This document shows, one piece after another, positions 32,683-44,708 of a DNA stretch of 64,000 nt. The stretch spans positions 1,952,001 through 2,016,000 of the forward strand of contig OY970061.1 of the NCBI GenBank assembly GCA_963705255.1. The letters run 5' to 3'. This stretch comes from an uncultured Methanoregulaceae archaeon. Its GTDB lineage: Archaea; Halobacteriota; Methanomicrobia; Methanomicrobiales; Methanospirillaceae. A model generated the notes under the pieces. That model was given only the letters and a program-made list of their open reading frames with translations, was not told the origin of the DNA and did no database searches. Within the stretch, counting starts at the first letter, position 1, and every line of letters begins with the position of its first letter. The position numbers and the translations under genes are program-made.

Positions 32683-32892
32683 GTTTGCCTTATAAGACAT
32701 GCCGTGTCGAAGGTATTTGAAGTGCATTCTTTCCTGTTGTTGATATGTTTTTGTCAGGGATGGGGAGACTGGTGGCAGAAGAAGGGGACAGCCAAAGGTA
32801 TCTTGGAAATATTCATTGGCAGCGGATCATCGGAAAACGACAGATATGCAATAATCTATATCAGAAGATTTACGAAATAGTAAATGATTGCA

Positions 32893-34419
32893 ATGGCAAA
32901 GAAACGCGGGGATCGTACACAAGCAAAGAGAGCAGCTTCGGATTTTGACGGTAATCTGGACAGGGATTACCGCTCCCCGATCCAAACGTTTCACGATCTC
33001 AGCTGGGATAATGTCAGATCAGTTCTGCTTGGAAGCCGCTACATGCAAATCCTCCTGGCTCTGACCTTCATCGGATGTTTCCTCCGGTTTTACGATTTGG
33101 GATTCAATTCATTATGGCTCGATGAAGCTTCGACCTATACGCTCTCCATTGGTTCAATCCCTCAGATCTGGCAGGAGACAATGGCCGGTGAATTCAACCC
33201 CCCTCTGTTTTACTGGCTAGAGCACCTGATGCTGACAATTGGGAATAACGAATTTATTCTCAGATTCATTCCCGCGTTACTCGGTGTCCTGACCATTCCT
33301 CTGGCATATCTCGTGGGCAGGGAGTTTATCGATCGGAATGTCGGCATTATTGCCGCAGCCGCATTCGCAGTTTCCCCGTTCCTCATTTATTATTCGCAGG
33401 AAGCACGGGCATACTCCATGATGCTCTTTTTTGTCGCATTCGCAATGGTGTTCTATCTCAGGGCTCTCAAAACGAACAATACCCGGAACTGGGCACTTTT
33501 TGGCGTACTCTCTGCACTGGCTTTCTGGTCCCACTTCTATGCGTTTGTTATCATCGCATCGCTGGTCTTGTACGCGCTTGCTCTGAGGATCAAGGATCTC
33601 CGGAATAACATCAGGAATTTTTTGCCGATTGCGGCAGGATTAATTTTTTTTATCGTCCTGTGCCTTCCACTGATAGTTATTACGATTCAGCTCTTTGCAA
33701 CAAGGACTGCATCTGCTCCCACGTTCGGTGTCCAGGGACTTGATGTAATCTCTACGACATTCCAGCAGGTAGCAGGGTTTTCTGATGTCGCCACGTATCT
33801 GCTCCTGATCTTCTTTGTCCTCGGAGTCATTCAGGCATTCCGTATTGAAAGGAACAAGGGCCTTCTGCTCGTGACACTCACTGTTCTCACGTTCGTTATC
33901 AGTTTTATCCTCTCTTATAAGATGCCCATGGAACCCCGTTACCTTATCTTCTTCTCCCTAATCTTCTTTATCGGGGTTGCAGTCTCATACCGGTTGTTCT
34001 ACTCTCTCATCAATAACCGCGGGATCGTTGTATGCTTCATCGCATTCTTCATCATCCTGAATGCACCGACAATTGCTAATTATTATTCAGGATACACCAA
34101 GGATGACTGGAGAGGCTTTTCTGGGCAGCTTCAGCAACTGACCAAACCGGGTGATATTGTCGTGGCTGTACCGGCATACGTCGACCAGCCGCTTGATTAT
34201 TATTATTCAAACATCTCGGATACTACATTCCTGGAGCACGCGTCAACGGCTCGTGAACTCGCTGCCCTGAACACTCAGAAAAACAACCGCACGATCTATT
34301 ATGTAGTCACTCAGGATATCAGTTCAGCGGATCCCAGCGGTGATGCCATCGCATGGCTGAAGACGAATGCGACATTTCTGAAGCAGGATACCGGCATTTA
34401 TCTCTTCTCTTCAGAGTAA
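32893..34419 (+). CDS. GT-C membrane glycosyltransferase (PMT_2/GT39-like)
   Basis: SLWLDE, NPPLFYW, YSQEARAYS and PRY; multiple TM helices. Confidence 0.9.
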   Translation: MAKKRGDRTQAKRAASDFDGNLDRDYRSPIQTFHDLSWDNVRSVLLGSRYMQILLALTFIGCFLRFYDLGFNSLWLDEASTYTLSIGSIPQIWQETMAGEFNPPLFYWLEHLMLTIGNNEFILRFIPALLGVLTIPLAYLVGREFIDRNVGIIAAAAFAVSPFLIYYSQEARAYSMMLFFVAFAMVFYLRALKTNNTRNWALFGVLSALAFWSHFYAFVIIASLVLYALALRIKDLRNNIRNFLPIAAGLIFFIVLCLPLIVITIQLFATRTASAPTFGVQGLDVISTTFQQVAGFSDVATYLLLIFFVLGVIQAFRIERNKGLLLVTLTVLTFVISFILSYKMPMEPRYLIFFSLIFFIGVAVSYRLFYSLINNRGIVVCFIAFFIILNAPTIANYYSGYTKDDWRGFSGQLQQLTKPGDIVVAVPAYVDQPLDYYYSNISDTTFLEHASTARELAALNTQKNNRTIYYVVTQDISSADPSGDAIAWLKTNATFLKQDTGIYLFSSE

Positions 34420-34439
34420 CCATCCGGATCTCGACAACC

Positions 34440-35550
34440 ATGTACGACCTTACGGTTATCATTCCCACCTACAACGAAGAAGCTTAATATCCGGGATATT
34501 GTTAGCGAAGTGGATAACGTATTCCGGGATAATGCACTCAACGGGGAGATCTTGGTAGTGGATGACAATTCCCCCGATGCCACTATTGCGATTGTTAATG
34601 AGATGAAAAAGGCAAAACCTAATCTCAATATTCTCGTCCGCAGTGACGATCGCGACCTCTCCCAGTCGGTAGCCGAAGGATTTGCTCACGCCTCTTCCGA
34701 GATCTTTGTGGTCATCGACGCGGATTTTTCCCATCCCCCGTCATTGATCCCCGCCATGTATAGCGAAATCAGGTCGGGGAACGAGGTTGTTATCGGAAGC
34801 AGGTACATGGAGGGGGGGGAAATAAAAAAATGGCCTATCAAACGGCGGATCATCTCTATTGGGGCAACATTTCTCGGGCGGCTCCTTTTTCCGGATATTA
34901 CAGATCCTGTGAGCGGATTTTTTGCGGTCAGAAAGGAAGTAGTTACCAATGCGCCACTAAAACCGAGAGGTTATAAAATACTGCTGGAGGTGCTGGGAAA
35001 GGGGACTTGGGAAAAGGACAGGGAAATTCCCTTTGAATTTGTCGACCGTGACGTCGGTTCGAGTAAGCTAAAACTGAAAACGATTGTCGAATATGCAGAG
35101 CAGGTTATGGACATCACACTTTATTCCTTCTCCCATCACCAGAGTGCTGCATGGAGAGAATGGAAAAAAGTGCTCAAATTCGGGATAGTAGGGATAATCG
35201 GGATCCTCATAAATATGGGGGTATTGTATTGTCTTACAAATTATGTCGGGTTATTTTATCTGGTATCCAGTTTGTTTGCAATCGAATTATCCGTCCTGAA
35301 TAATTTTCTCTGGAATGATCTTTGGACGTTCCGGTCCTACCAGCAACACCGATTATCCAGTCGCTGGCATCGCTTGATTGCATTTCACGGGGTTTCTGTC
35401 GGGGGACTCGTCATAAATATGGGAATATTATATCTCCTGACCAGTTTCTTCGGTATCTACTATCTGGTTTCGAACCTTCTTGGGATTCTTGTTGCCTTTG
35501 CATGGAATTTCTGGGTGAACCGGCGGGTGACGTGGAAAACAGAAAAATGA
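34440..35550 (+). CDS. Polyprenol-phosphate glycosyltransferase (GT2, DPM1-like) fused to a GtrA domain (frameshift near 34485)
   Basis: MYDLTVIIPTYNEE then VVDDNSPD, DADFSHPP and DPVSGFF; C-terminal four-TM GtrA domain. Confidence 0.9.
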
Positions 35551-36212
35551 GAGATAACTCCTCAAAATCTGTATCGCGATCGACTTATCCGGATTTACCA
35601 GTTCCTATGCCAGTCACTGCTATTCCTGAAAACCACGATCTCTGTCGATACTGATCGGCAGATCATCACCCGTCTGAAGATATCTCAACATGTCCATGAT
35701 ATCCCTCACACCGAAACACTCTTGGAACAGTGCTAGAGGTCAGACATTCTGATCTTTATGCCCTGGATAAAAGATACGATTCTGAAGAGATTCACCGGCT
35801 GATTCGGTATACCTGAACGCCTGCTCGTTCATCCCTGTTTGAGATAGAAAACGGAAAAAATCTCCGGGTATGATCGAATAAGAATCGCTCTATCATTCGA
35901 TCGGGAGAAATATGATCAGGGAAATAAGGTGGAAACGATATTCTTCGTCCTGAAAAGAGAATCCGGGGAATCCCCCAAGGCTCGAAAATCCCAACTTCAG
36001 ATTAGGGAGATCAAAATCAAGGAGATCTTCTATAACCTTTCAAGATTGAGGATATTTTTTGCTATTCTGATTATTGTTGAGGAATTCTACCGAGCCTGAA
36101 AAAATATATCAGATCCTGTTCTTAAGAGTATACAATGAGAATCTGATGGTGCTCGTTCGGTCTGTATCTTTACGGATATTTTTCGGCATCAGATATCCAA
36201 TAAAAAACATCG

Positions 36213-38522
36213 ATGGTATTGGTGGATCAGATGAGTCTTGACTGGATAAAAAACAGCAATATTTCTGTAAAAGAGGTTTGTTACCTCATTTTGCCTTTAG
36301 TACTCTTATTAGTGGCGTTCCCTTCGATCATTCAACCGGATCAAGGGTTCATTTCAAGTAAATATGATACGCTTCTTGGTATTAACACCGAACTCTCTGT
36401 TGCTAATGATCCACTTGCATTATGGAATCCGAATTGGTTAACGGGCATGCCGGAATATGCACTCCCTCTGTCAGAAAAATTCTACCCGACTTATATTCCC
36501 AGTCTTCTCCTTTCACAGGATATTTATTTAATAAACTGGTTTATCATCATCAGTCTGTTTTTGGCGTATCTGTTTTTTTTCAAAATGTCGGGATTAATGA
36601 CCAGAAATCCTGAAATTCGGATGATATTTTCCACGGCATACCTTTTTTCAGGAATTCTTCTGTCGCGAGTCGATGCAGGTCACCTTTCCATCATATACGC
36701 ATTGACCTGGATACCTTTGATGTATTATGCATTTTTTAAGATTATCTGGGATAATGACACATCCGTAGTGAATATTGTCATTTTTTCGATCTCCTTCGCA
36801 TTGATTTTCTTTACTGGCGCTGTGTACTATCTCTTTTATAGTTGTGCAATTCTTGCAATTTTTTTTATATATTATCTTTTAAGGAAAATGCTGAGCAAGC
36901 GTACTATTACCGCAGTCTTTTTTTCTGCATTTATTGGTACCCTATTACTTTCCATTGAACTCATCCCCGTTATGATCAGTTCAACTGCTTTAGGTCGAAT
37001 TGATATCATCAATGTTTTGGGGGACGGGGGCTCGCTTGAAAATAATATCGCATCATTTATTGTTGGGACTCCCATTGATCATGCGTTCAGTGGCTATGAG
37101 AGCATCGCATTGATTGGGATTTTTCCGATTTTATTTTTGATTATTGCCTTTGTCTTCGGCAGGGACGACTGGACAATTCCTGCTTTTTTTGCGATATTGT
37201 TCTCGTTTATCTGGGCCGATGGAGGAAGAACCCTTTTATCCTTCATTCACCTTCTTCCCGGTGTTAATAATTTCCGCGTTGCAGGTCGCATGTTAGGTGC
37301 TATCCTTCCCATAATCCTCCTTTTCTCCTTGTATGGTCTTGATCTTCTGTTAACACGCCTTAAAAATGGAGAATTTTTTGCAATATCTTCACAACAGAAA
37401 AAAAATGTCATCTATGGCATAAGTGCCCTTTTCATATTAAAAATGTTAGAATTGCCATTTCAGATTGATGCATCAGTTGATGCATGGATTTCACTGATTA
37501 TTATCGCAGTTTTCATAGCGTTGTTGTATTTTAACCGGGTAACATTGAAGATCTTGATTATTTTTTTTACCGGATCATTGTTCATTGATGCATACTTTAT
37601 TTTCCAAAATTTTCCTGGAATAGATATCGGTATTGGAATAAAATCAATCATTATCGTGGGAATTGTCAGCGCCGCGATAATCTTTTTTAATCGGAATCTT
37701 ATTCAACTCCGGGCCACTCAATCCAACCTTCTTTGTGGTTTGTTGATGGTAAGTATCTGTATTGTAGTTATGGGAAATCTCAGTTATCTTTCAGTTTCCA
37801 ATCCAAACTTGGGGAGCAGTCCTGCTCTTCCGATTATTGAGAAGATCAAATCTGTCAATACGGCAGAATCGCAGATCTGGGTACTTGAAACTGGCTGGCC
37901 GTTCTATCACGAAGATTTTACCTATTGGTTTATTAAAAATGGCATTCACCCAATCAGGGCGTATTATCCCAATTACCTCACCACGACTCTTGCTGATACC
38001 TATAATATCGGGAATGCCTCGTATTTCACAGCGGATTATGTCGTGGATGATCAGTATCTTGAGAATGGCGATCAGAATATCGATAATGTGACATTCAAGG
38101 TTCAGAATATATCAATCTACCAGCCGGATCATGTCCTTCCAAATGTGTTCGTAATCCGAAAGAATGAAGTCATTCCTGTCAATATTGAAAAATTTGGATC
38201 AGATGAAGTAACGGTATCTGGGCAGTTTACTCCCGGAGATATTGCCGTACTAAAAACCTCATATTACCCTGGATGGAAAGTTAATGGTCAGGATGCGATG
38301 AATGGCGGAAATATGGTCGCCGCTCAGGTCACATCGGAAACCACGTCACTCAGCTTCAAATTTGATCCCAACGACGTAAAAATCGGATATGTATTAACCG
38401 GAATTGGTATAATTATACTTGTAATTCTGATTATTAAACGCAGTGAAATCGAACAATATTTTGAAAATATGGATCTTATTAAAAAAGAACAAGTATCAAG
38501 CCACAAAAAGAAGAAGCGGTGA
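36213..38522 (+). CDS. YfhO-like large membrane protein (putative GT-C), AT-rich
   Basis: LWNPNWLTGMP, AGH, many TM helices and C-terminal SYYPGWKVNG. Confidence 0.75.
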   Translation: MVLVDQMSLDWIKNSNISVKEVCYLILPLVLLLVAFPSIIQPDQGFISSKYDTLLGINTELSVANDPLALWNPNWLTGMPEYALPLSEKFYPTYIPSLLLSQDIYLINWFIIISLFLAYLFFFKMSGLMTRNPEIRMIFSTAYLFSGILLSRVDAGHLSIIYALTWIPLMYYAFFKIIWDNDTSVVNIVIFSISFALIFFTGAVYYLFYSCAILAIFFIYYLLRKMLSKRTITAVFFSAFIGTLLLSIELIPVMISSTALGRIDIINVLGDGGSLENNIASFIVGTPIDHAFSGYESIALIGIFPILFLIIAFVFGRDDWTIPAFFAILFSFIWADGGRTLLSFIHLLPGVNNFRVAGRMLGAILPIILLFSLYGLDLLLTRLKNGEFFAISSQQKKNVIYGISALFILKMLELPFQIDASVDAWISLIIIAVFIALLYFNRVTLKILIIFFTGSLFIDAYFIFQNFPGIDIGIGIKSIIIVGIVSAAIIFFNRNLIQLRATQSNLLCGLLMVSICIVVMGNLSYLSVSNPNLGSSPALPIIEKIKSVNTAESQIWVLETGWPFYHEDFTYWFIKNGIHPIRAYYPNYLTTTLADTYNIGNASYFTADYVVDDQYLENGDQNIDNVTFKVQNISIYQPDHVLPNVFVIRKNEVIPVNIEKFGSDEVTVSGQFTPGDIAVLKTSYYPGWKVNGQDAMNGGNMVAAQVTSETTSLSFKFDPNDVKIGYVLTGIGIIILVILIIKRSEIEQYFENMDLIKKEQVSSHKKKKR

Positions 38523-38646
38523 GTACTTGAGCAATCTTTTCAATTCTTTTCTTGGGTGTCATCCTCACAATGTTTCGTCTTTTTCTTCAATTTTTCCAGT
38601 CTGTTAAAAAATCCTCATATCCTTAGCCGACCAACTACCTACCATC

Positions 38647-39618
38647 ATGTCCAACCTCACGGTCGCAATCATCGCCCCGCCCGATTATTCAAAGGATCTG
38701 GGAAAGAAGGGGACGGCAAGCGACATCACATTCTATAACCTGAAGAAAGGTGACGCAACGGTCACCTTCATCGAACCGACACGGTATCCGGAAAAACTCT
38801 CCTCGCTCTTTTATTCAATATCCCTCGCGGACCGCGTGATACTTGTTGTCGATGAGATTAACGCCTCGTTTGGCGAATGCGTGCTGATGCTCCAGTGCGC
38901 CGGGAAATCTGCCGGGTATCTTATTCTCAAGAACTATATCTTTCCTGACCAGATTGCGCCGCTTATCAAAGGCACCGTCCTCGAACATTACGAATTGATG
39001 GAGGCGGACATGGTCGGAATACGTGAAAAGCTCCTCGATATTGCAGTGAAAAAGACCCACCACCAGAAAGAGAAGACAAGCGGGGGCAACGGTGTCGTTC
39101 CCATCGACCACCATTTCAATGTGAAAGGTGTGGGGGTTGTTGCACTTGCCTGTGTGGCACAAGGTACCATAAAAAAGCATGACCTCCTTAAAGTCCTGCC
39201 AACGGAGAAGACTGCACAGGTGCGGTCTATCCAGAAACATGATGATGATGCTGATACCGCTGTTGCCGGTGACCGTGTCGGTCTCGCCCTGAAAAACATT
39301 GAATCTGAAGACCTTGACCGTGGTTACGTTCTGACAAACGACCCGTCAATAAAATATTCCAATAACGTTACCGGCAAAGCCCAACTCGTAAAGTACTGGC
39401 CGGCCCCGCTCAAAGAGGGCATGGTGCTGTATGCCGGTCACTGGATGCAGTTCCTCCCCACCCGGCTGGAGAGCGTTACCGTGGAGGGCGACTGGCGGAT
39501 GCCCACCCTGACCCTCTCTCTGGAAAAGGCACTTGTGTACCCCCCGGGTGCCCGCATGACGCTCCACTATCTCGAGGGCGGCAAACTCCGTGTGGTGGGA
39601 TCCCTCATCCTTCCATAG
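38647..39618 (+). CDS. Archaeal SelB-like / EF-Tu domain II protein with degenerate G domain
   Basis: GKKGTASDITFYN, IDHHFNVKGVG, VRSIQKHD and GDRVGLALKN. Confidence 0.85.
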   Translation: MSNLTVAIIAPPDYSKDLGKKGTASDITFYNLKKGDATVTFIEPTRYPEKLSSLFYSISLADRVILVVDEINASFGECVLMLQCAGKSAGYLILKNYIFPDQIAPLIKGTVLEHYELMEADMVGIREKLLDIAVKKTHHQKEKTSGGNGVVPIDHHFNVKGVGVVALACVAQGTIKKHDLLKVLPTEKTAQVRSIQKHDDDADTAVAGDRVGLALKNIESEDLDRGYVLTNDPSIKYSNNVTGKAQLVKYWPAPLKEGMVLYAGHWMQFLPTRLESVTVEGDWRMPTLTLSLEKALVYPPGARMTLHYLEGGKLRVVGSLILP

Positions 39619-39684
39619 TTATTCCGATATCTTTTTTCCGAATTGTCTTATCTTGAGAAACGGTCCTCAGTACTCTGAGTAACC

Positions 39685-40254
39685 ATGCTGGAAGATTACA
39701 TTGGATGGATAATCCTTGGCATCATTGCCCTCATGATCGTTGCCCTGGTCCTCCGGACCATGGGCATTTACAACCGGTTCTACACCCTGAAAAACGCATC
39801 TGAAGCCACGCTGGGCCAGATCCGCGTCGCCATGAAAAAGCGACTGGACATGATCGACCAGCTCCTCGGCGCAGTCAGGAGTTATGCAAAGTTCGAGAAA
39901 GAGACCCTCGAAAAAGTGACTGCCATGAGGGCAAGTGTGGGGACAGCACGTCCCGGGGACCTGAACAAGGTAGAAACCGAGTCCCGCGCCATCTTCGGCA
40001 GCCTGCTCGCAGTGGCAGAAAATTACCCGGATCTCAAGACCTCAACAACCGTTACAAACCTTATGGATTCTGTCAAAGGCCTTGAGGATGAGATTGCGCG
40101 GCAGCGCAACACCTACAACAACATCTCGAGGGAGTTCAACACGATGATGGATACCATCTCGTCGAATTTTGTTGGGCGGTTGACAGAATTTCTGAGACTT
40201 GAGTACCTGCAGTTCGAGAAAGCGATCGCAACTCCGCCGAAAATAGAGTTCTGA
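39685..40254 (+). CDS. lemA: LemA family protein
   Basis: N-terminal TM, YAKFEKETLEKVT, AVAENYPDLK and EDEIARQR..YN. Confidence 0.9.
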   Translation: MLEDYIGWIILGIIALMIVALVLRTMGIYNRFYTLKNASEATLGQIRVAMKKRLDMIDQLLGAVRSYAKFEKETLEKVTAMRASVGTARPGDLNKVETESRAIFGSLLAVAENYPDLKTSTTVTNLMDSVKGLEDEIARQRNTYNNISREFNTMMDTISSNFVGRLTEFLRLEYLQFEKAIATPPKIEF

Positions 40255-40618
40255 AAGGTCATAGTCGTGGGAGAAACCACACAGCACGTCGCCCTAGCCG
40301 TCCGGGAAAATGTGGAACGGGCGATCAGATCGCTCAATATTCATGTCGCCGAAACCGGCATTCCCGTTGGAGTCACAAAGGATGTACGCGTTTCTCCCGC
40401 TCCTCTATTTCACCCCACCATGTCATGGTGGTTTCTGCAGTATGGGCGGGTTCGGCGGTGGAGGCGCCGGCGGGAGATAATAATGGAGATTCCCCCGAAT
40501 TCAAGGAACCGGAGGTCATTTCCTGCCCATTCTATCCATGAAAACGGTATCCTGCGTTTGTCATAGAAGATATAAACCCGCGAAAACCATATGAATACCA
40601 GAAAGGGTATCTGATTAT

Positions 40619-41204
40619 ATGCAATATACGGAAGGTCAGCTCGGCAGGGTCTTTGTCGTGAGGATCGATGACGGTGAGGATATGTTGGTTTCCCTGCACC
40701 AGTTCATCGGAGACAAAGGTATCCTGGCGGGCTCGATCCTCTTCCTTGGCGCCCTGATGAACGGGAGGATGGTGACCGGACCTGAGGAACCGGTCATTCC
40801 CCCGGTTCCTCATTTCGTTATGTTTGAGGGTGGGCTGGGAAGTGTTTGGTGTAGGCACTATTTACCCGGGGGAAGGTGGTCCCCACATCCATTACCATGC
40901 ATCGGTCGGCAGGGCCGGCCACGCCCTGACCGGCTGTCTGCGGGAAAAAGCCACGGCGTACCTCATTGTTGAAGTGGTTATCCTTGAATTTACCGGGCTT
41001 TCTGCCCGCCGGGAATTTGATGAAAAATCCCAGATTCACATGCCGGTGCTTCAGAGCAGCGAAGGCGAAACGTCAAAATCCGGAGAGGAAACCGATGAAA
41101 CACAAGAGACCGCTCCCCGCACCGATAAAAAAGACGAGACCAGCGAACTGCCGGGAGGGCTTGCAGAAATTATCCGGGACCTTACCCGGCGCCCGTCAAC
41201 ATAA
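40619..41204 (+). CDS. PPC/DUF296 domain protein (frameshift near 40835)
   Basis: GRVFVVRIDDGED, then EVFGVGTI...HIHYHAS.G...GCL in the next frame. Confidence 0.85.
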
Positions 41205-41252
41205 CCTCATATCCCGTTTCCGGGATATGAAACGCACACATCGTCTCACTCT

Positions 41253-43039
41253 ATGATCCCACAGCCCGCGTTTCTCCCGATGTCCCTGAAAGAAGGCAGG
41301 AAACTCGGCATAGAACGATTCGATGTCATTCTCGTGAGCGGAGATGCTTACGTCGACCACCCATCATTTGGAACTGCGATCATCGGGCGGGTCCTCTGGG
41401 ATGCCGGATTCTCTGTAGGGATTATTGCCCAGCCGGACTGGAAGAATACAACGGATTTTCTGGCACTGGGAGAACCCCGCCTCTTCTTTGGCGTCTCATC
41501 GGGAAATGTCGACTCCATGGTGAACAATCTCACGCCCGGCCTGAAGCGGCGGAGCGATGATGTCTACTCTCCCGGGGGTATCCCGAAACGCCCCGACCGG
41601 GCGACAATCGTGTATACCAGCAAAATACATGAACTGTTTCCCGGTGTACCGATCATTCTCGGTGGTGTCGAAGCAAGCCTCCGGCGCTTCGCCCATTATG
41701 ATTACTGGCAGGACAAGGTCCGGCAATCGATCCTCGCGGATGCGCCCGCCGATCTTCTCGTTTTCGGTATGGGTGAACGGCAGGTAGTGGAGATTGCCCA
41801 GCGATTGAGCGCCGGTGAACCTGCGGGGCTGCTACGGGACATTCACGGGACTGCCTTTACCATGGAGGTAGCACAATGGCGATGCAACCGTCCGCAGAGC
41901 ATTATTGAAATCCCAAGCTTTGGGGAGGTCTCACAGGACAAGAGAGCATATGCCCGGGCATTTGCCCTGCATTACCATGAGCAGGACCCGGTCGAGGGCG
42001 CTCCGGTTGGACAGCCCCACCCGAAGACCGTAGTCATCCAGAACCCCCCGGCGCATCCCCTGAAAACCCCGGAACTCGACCATATCTACGAGCTGCCGTT
42101 CTCCCGGGAGGCCCACCCGTCCTATTCCCGGACGGTACCGGCACTGGACCCGGTACGGTTCTCGGTGACAAGTCACCGCGGTTGTTTTGGGGGGTGTTCA
42201 TTCTGCGCCCTCACCCACCACCAGGGCAGGATCATCCAGAACCGGAGCATCGGATCCATCATCAGGGAAGTCACCCGCATGACAAAAATGGCCGGTTTCA
42301 AAGGCATTGTACAGGATGTCGGCGGACCAACGGCAAACATGTACGGTCTCATATGCGACCGCTGGGAGGGATCCGGGGCGTGCAGGGATAGGCGCTGCAG
42401 CACGTCCTGCCGGACCCTCCATACGAGCCACAGATTCCAGTGCGAGCTTCTTCAGGCGCTGCAGCAGGTCCCCGGCGTCAGGAAGGTCTTTATCTGTTCG
42501 GGTATTCGCTACGACCTTGTACTTGCCGATGATTCGGGGTACCTTGACCTTATCTGTGAGCACCATATCTCCGGGCACCTCAAGGTCGCCCCTGAACATG
42601 TGACAAAAAACGTGACCGACCTTATGAACAAGCCCGGCAGGGAAGTCTTCGACAGGTTCCGCGAACAGTTTGCAGAGCAGCAGAGAAAAAGAGCCGGCAG
42701 TACCTGCTCCCCTACTTCATGTCCGGACATCCCGGCTGCACGGTTGCAGACATGGTGGAGCTTGCGCTCTATATCCAGAAAACCCGGATGTATACCGAGC
42801 AGGTTCAGGACTTCACACCGACTCCCATGAGCGTCTCGACCTGCATGTACTATACCGGCCTCAACCCGTTCACCCTGGAACCAATCCATATACCAAAAGG
42901 ACACGAGAAGAAGATTCAGCGTGCCCTGATGCACTATCGTGAACCGAAGAACCACCGTCTGGTTGCCGAAGGTCTCAGGATGGCGGGAAGGATGGATCTC
43001 ATCGGGCCCGGTCCGCGAACTTTCGTGCTGCATGATTAG
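41253..43039 (+). CDS. YgiQ/UPF0313 family radical SAM protein (frameshift near 42690)
   Basis: GDAYVDHPSFG, RRFAHYDYW, RGCFGGCSFC, DVGGPTANMY, SGHPG and QVQDFTPTP. Confidence 0.92.
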
Positions 43040-43217
43040 CAGGGGGGTCCATTATCCCCGGCGAAACCTCCGGGAGCAAAGAAATAATCAGATTTTTTTA
43101 TTTTGTGTCAACGAACCAACTGCAGATCCTGTCGTGGACTTTTCTTTTCTGAAGGAACGTAATTGTTCGTATTCCGTTCTGTACTATGGCAGAAATAATC
43201 AAATACCAACTGCCGCG

Positions 43218-44567
43218 TCAGATCCGCCCGTACTCGTCCTCGAAGCGCACGATATCGTCCTCTTCGAGATACTCACCGAGCTGTACTTCGATGACGTCGA
43301 GAGGGATGAGACCCGGGTTCTTCAACCGGTGCACCGTGCCGCTGCGGATAAAAGTACCTCTCTCCTTTCCGGAGCAGCCGGGATTCCCCGTCAAGCTCGA
43401 CTTCTGCAGTTCCGCGCACAACCACCCAGTGCTCGCTCCGGTGGTGGTGGAGCTGCAGGGAGAGCTCTCTCCTGGCTTTACCGTTACCCGCTTGATCTTA
43501 TAAATGGCGGTGTCTTCCAGAACCGTGTAGGAACCCCACGGGCGGTGGACCTGCCGGTGGAATTTGGTGACCGGGTTATTGCCGGTATTATAGCGGCTGA
43601 CCAGCTGTTTTACCTGTTCGGTCTGCTGGTTATTACAGATGAGCAGGGCATCCGCTGTATCCACAACGATAAGGTCATTGACACCGATGAGCCCTACATG
43701 TTTTCCCGGGGCGTGGACAAAATTGTTCCTTGCCGCAATATACTCGGCAGTCCCAACGTTGCCATCCCCGTCATGGGCCTCTGCATCGTAAAGTGCCTTG
43801 AATGTGCCAAGATCGCTCCATTCCGCATCGAGAGGGACGACTGCGACCCGTTTCGAATGTTCCAGCAGACCGTAATCAATTGAGACTGCGTCAAGACTGG
43901 CGTAATCAGGTATATTGTCTCCGATGGATTCACTATACAATGCGGGCCGGTATTTTTTCAGTTCCTTAAAAAAACAACCGGTGGATAGGAGGAAGATCCC
44001 GCTGTTCCAGAGGTAGCCCAATTTCACGTACTCCCGGGCGGTCTTCTCATCAGGTTTTTCCCTGAACTCATCAGCGATGTTTCCGACATCCAGCTTCCTG
44101 CCCGGCCTGATATATCCGTAGCCGGTATGGGGTGATGTAGGCTTTACCCCAAACGTGACGAGATAATTTTTTGCGAGCGGCTCGGCAGCGCGTATCTGGT
44201 CGAGAGCAGCATCTCCCAGCAGGTGATCACTCGGAAAGACGACTGCCACGTCATGGGGGTTGACGGACCTGACCTGCCGCATCGCCCACATGATTGCGGG
44301 AAGGGTGTTTTTCCCCTCGGGTTCAATAAGGATCTGTGATTCCCTGAGCGGGGATCCCATCTCCTCGATCTGGTTGCGCACGAGATACTGGTGGATCGCA
44401 TTGGTCACCACAATCACCCCGTCAGCTCCCGAGAGGAGGACTGCACGCTGGAATGTCTTCTGGAAGAGCGACTGACCGTCAAGCTGGATGAATTGTTTAG
44501 GGTAGTATTCCCGCGACAGCGGCCAGAGCCGTGTCCCAACGCCTCCGGCAAGAATGATAGATTTCAT
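43218..44567 (-). CDS. manC: Mannose-1-phosphate guanylyltransferase / mannose-6-phosphate isomerase (compensating frameshifts in the cupin domain)
   Basis: LAGGVGTRLWPLSR, WNSG, WSDLG and RPWG; LSLQLHHHRSEHW lies in a shifted frame at about 43355-43470. Confidence 0.9.
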   Translation of the reverse strand: MKSIILAGGVGTRLWPLSREYYPKQFIQLDGQSLFQKTFQRAVLLSGADGVIVVTNAIHQYLVRNQIEEMGSPLRESQILIEPEGKNTLPAIMWAMRQVRSVNPHDVAVVFPSDHLLGDAALDQIRAAEPLAKNYLVTFGVKPTSPHTGYGYIRPGRKLDVGNIADEFREKPDEKTAREYVKLGYLWNSGIFLLSTGCFFKELKKYRPALYSESIGDNIPDYASLDAVSIDYGLLEHSKRVAVVPLDAEWSDLGTFKALYDAEAHDGDGNVGTAEYIAARNNFVHAPGKHVGLIGVNDLIVVDTADALLICNNQQTEQVKQLVSRYNTGNNPVTKFHRQVHRPWGSYTVLEDTAIYKIKRVTVKPGESSPCSSTTTGASTGWLCAELQKSSLTGNPGCSGKERGTFIRSGTVHRLKNPGLIPLDVIEVQLGEYLEEDDIVRFEDEYGRI

Positions 44568-44708
44568 GGTCTGCTCAAAATCTCCGGAAACGCAGGAATA
44601 TCCCTTCATCCGAAGATCATCATATAAATCTGTCTGGATAGACCATTTATATGATTCGATCCTGTACGACCCAATTTCACCGGGTCACCATGAGACGAGC
44701 ACGCCGGA

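Noticed and set aside
38647-39618. True selenocysteine-specific elongation factor
   Set aside because: Lacks an intact G domain and the SelB C-terminal extension; no tRNA-Sec or SECIS was recognised.
40267-40566. 99-aa ORF after lemA
   Set aside because: No recognisable motifs and Arg-rich, non-coding-like composition.
42939-43883. 314-aa plus-strand ORF
   Set aside because: Mostly antisense to manC and overlapping the end of the YgiQ-family gene.
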